DNA of 63,961 nucleotides, counting the filler, from Octopus bimaculoides (taxonomy: Eukaryota), in the NCBI RefSeq assembly GCF_001194135.2. It is 8 parts of 8 records of this genome, joined end to end, with 100 filler letters (N's around TTAATTAATTAA, not from the genome) between each part and the next. Parts side by side here need not be neighbours in the genome. Positions count along the whole stretch, not along the records: positions 62,451 to 63,961 come from NC_068983.1; 7 more parts are not named here. One strand, written 5' to 3'. How positions within the stretch are numbered: position 1 is the stretch's first letter; each line of letters starts with the position of its first letter. The position numbers and the translations under genes were made by a program. The notes below the pieces were generated by a model, which saw only the letters and a program-made list of their open reading frames with translations, ran no database searches and was not told the DNA's origin. Shown here piece after piece: positions 63,609 through 63,961 of the stretch.

Positions 63609-63610
<2 letters not shown>
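62579..63610 (+). mobile_element. Helentron-associated (HINE/DINE-1-like) non-autonomous element
   Basis: 5' palindrome cctctgc..gcagagg, 3' subterminal ggcggaggt (63581) and short hairpin gcgctc-ttt-gagtgc (63592-63606), internal 41-bp direct repeats (62728, 63393), inserted between (TAT)n arrays. Confidence 0.6.
63122..63310 (+). pseudogene. Gypsy integrase C-terminal fragment inside the HINE-like element
   Basis: WTHVFVCNDVVKPPLTAPYAGPFRFLSRTDKFFTIDL..VERLKKA matches the THVFVR.D.V..PL..PY.GPF.V..R..K.F...V..DRLKPA motif. Confidence 0.8.
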
Positions 63611-63702
<92 letters not shown>

Positions 63703-63707
63703 CATCA

Positions 63708-63890
63708 TCAAGGCGCCAAGCTGGCAGTGTCGTTAGCACGCTAAGTTCTGAGTTCAAATTCCGTCGAGGTTGACTTTGTCTTTCATCCTTTCTGGGTCGA
63801 TAAATTAAGTACCAGTGAAACACTGAGGTCGATGTAATCGACTAGTCCTGACCCCGAAAACTTCAGGCCTTGTGCCTATAGTAGAAAAGA
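63708..63890 (+). mobile_element. SINE family A followed by (ATT)n
   Basis: aagctggcagtgtcgttagcacg...gagttcaaattccg...ggccttgtgcctatagtagaaaagatt. Confidence 0.85.
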
Positions 63891-63905
63891 TTATTATTAT
63901 TATTA

Positions 63906-63961
<56 letters not shown>

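Overview
AT-rich, microsatellite- and transposon-saturated eukaryotic draft-assembly window. The SINE/RTE-LINE complement and the dense (TA)/(CA)/(AAT)/(CAT) arrays are most consistent with a cephalopod (octopus-like) genome; this is inference from repeat content, not a database match. No intact host gene is recognisable: there is one plausible internal exon (36000-36112) plus a few weak promoter and exon candidates. Almost all coding signal comes from decayed mobile elements: RTE LINEs, two Gypsy LTR elements, a Helitron 5' end with four 23-aa repeats, pogo, Tc1, mariner, hAT, R4/Dong, Tx1-like ORF1s and Penelope-like GIY-YIG fragments. The most notable structure is (i) a tandem array of 'LTR-end + primer-binding site' units in an internally deleted Gypsy element, (ii) a GGATC-ended TIR family with 8-bp TSDs, one copy of which holds head-to-head telomere-like repeats, (iii) a Helentron/HINE-like element carrying a Gypsy integrase fragment, (iv) a minimal hammerhead-ribozyme motif and (v) a 244-bp foldback. 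Seven 100-bp spacers (44N-TTAATTAATTAA-44N) are artificial assembly joins, so adjacency across them is unreliable. Coordinates of decayed elements are approximate.
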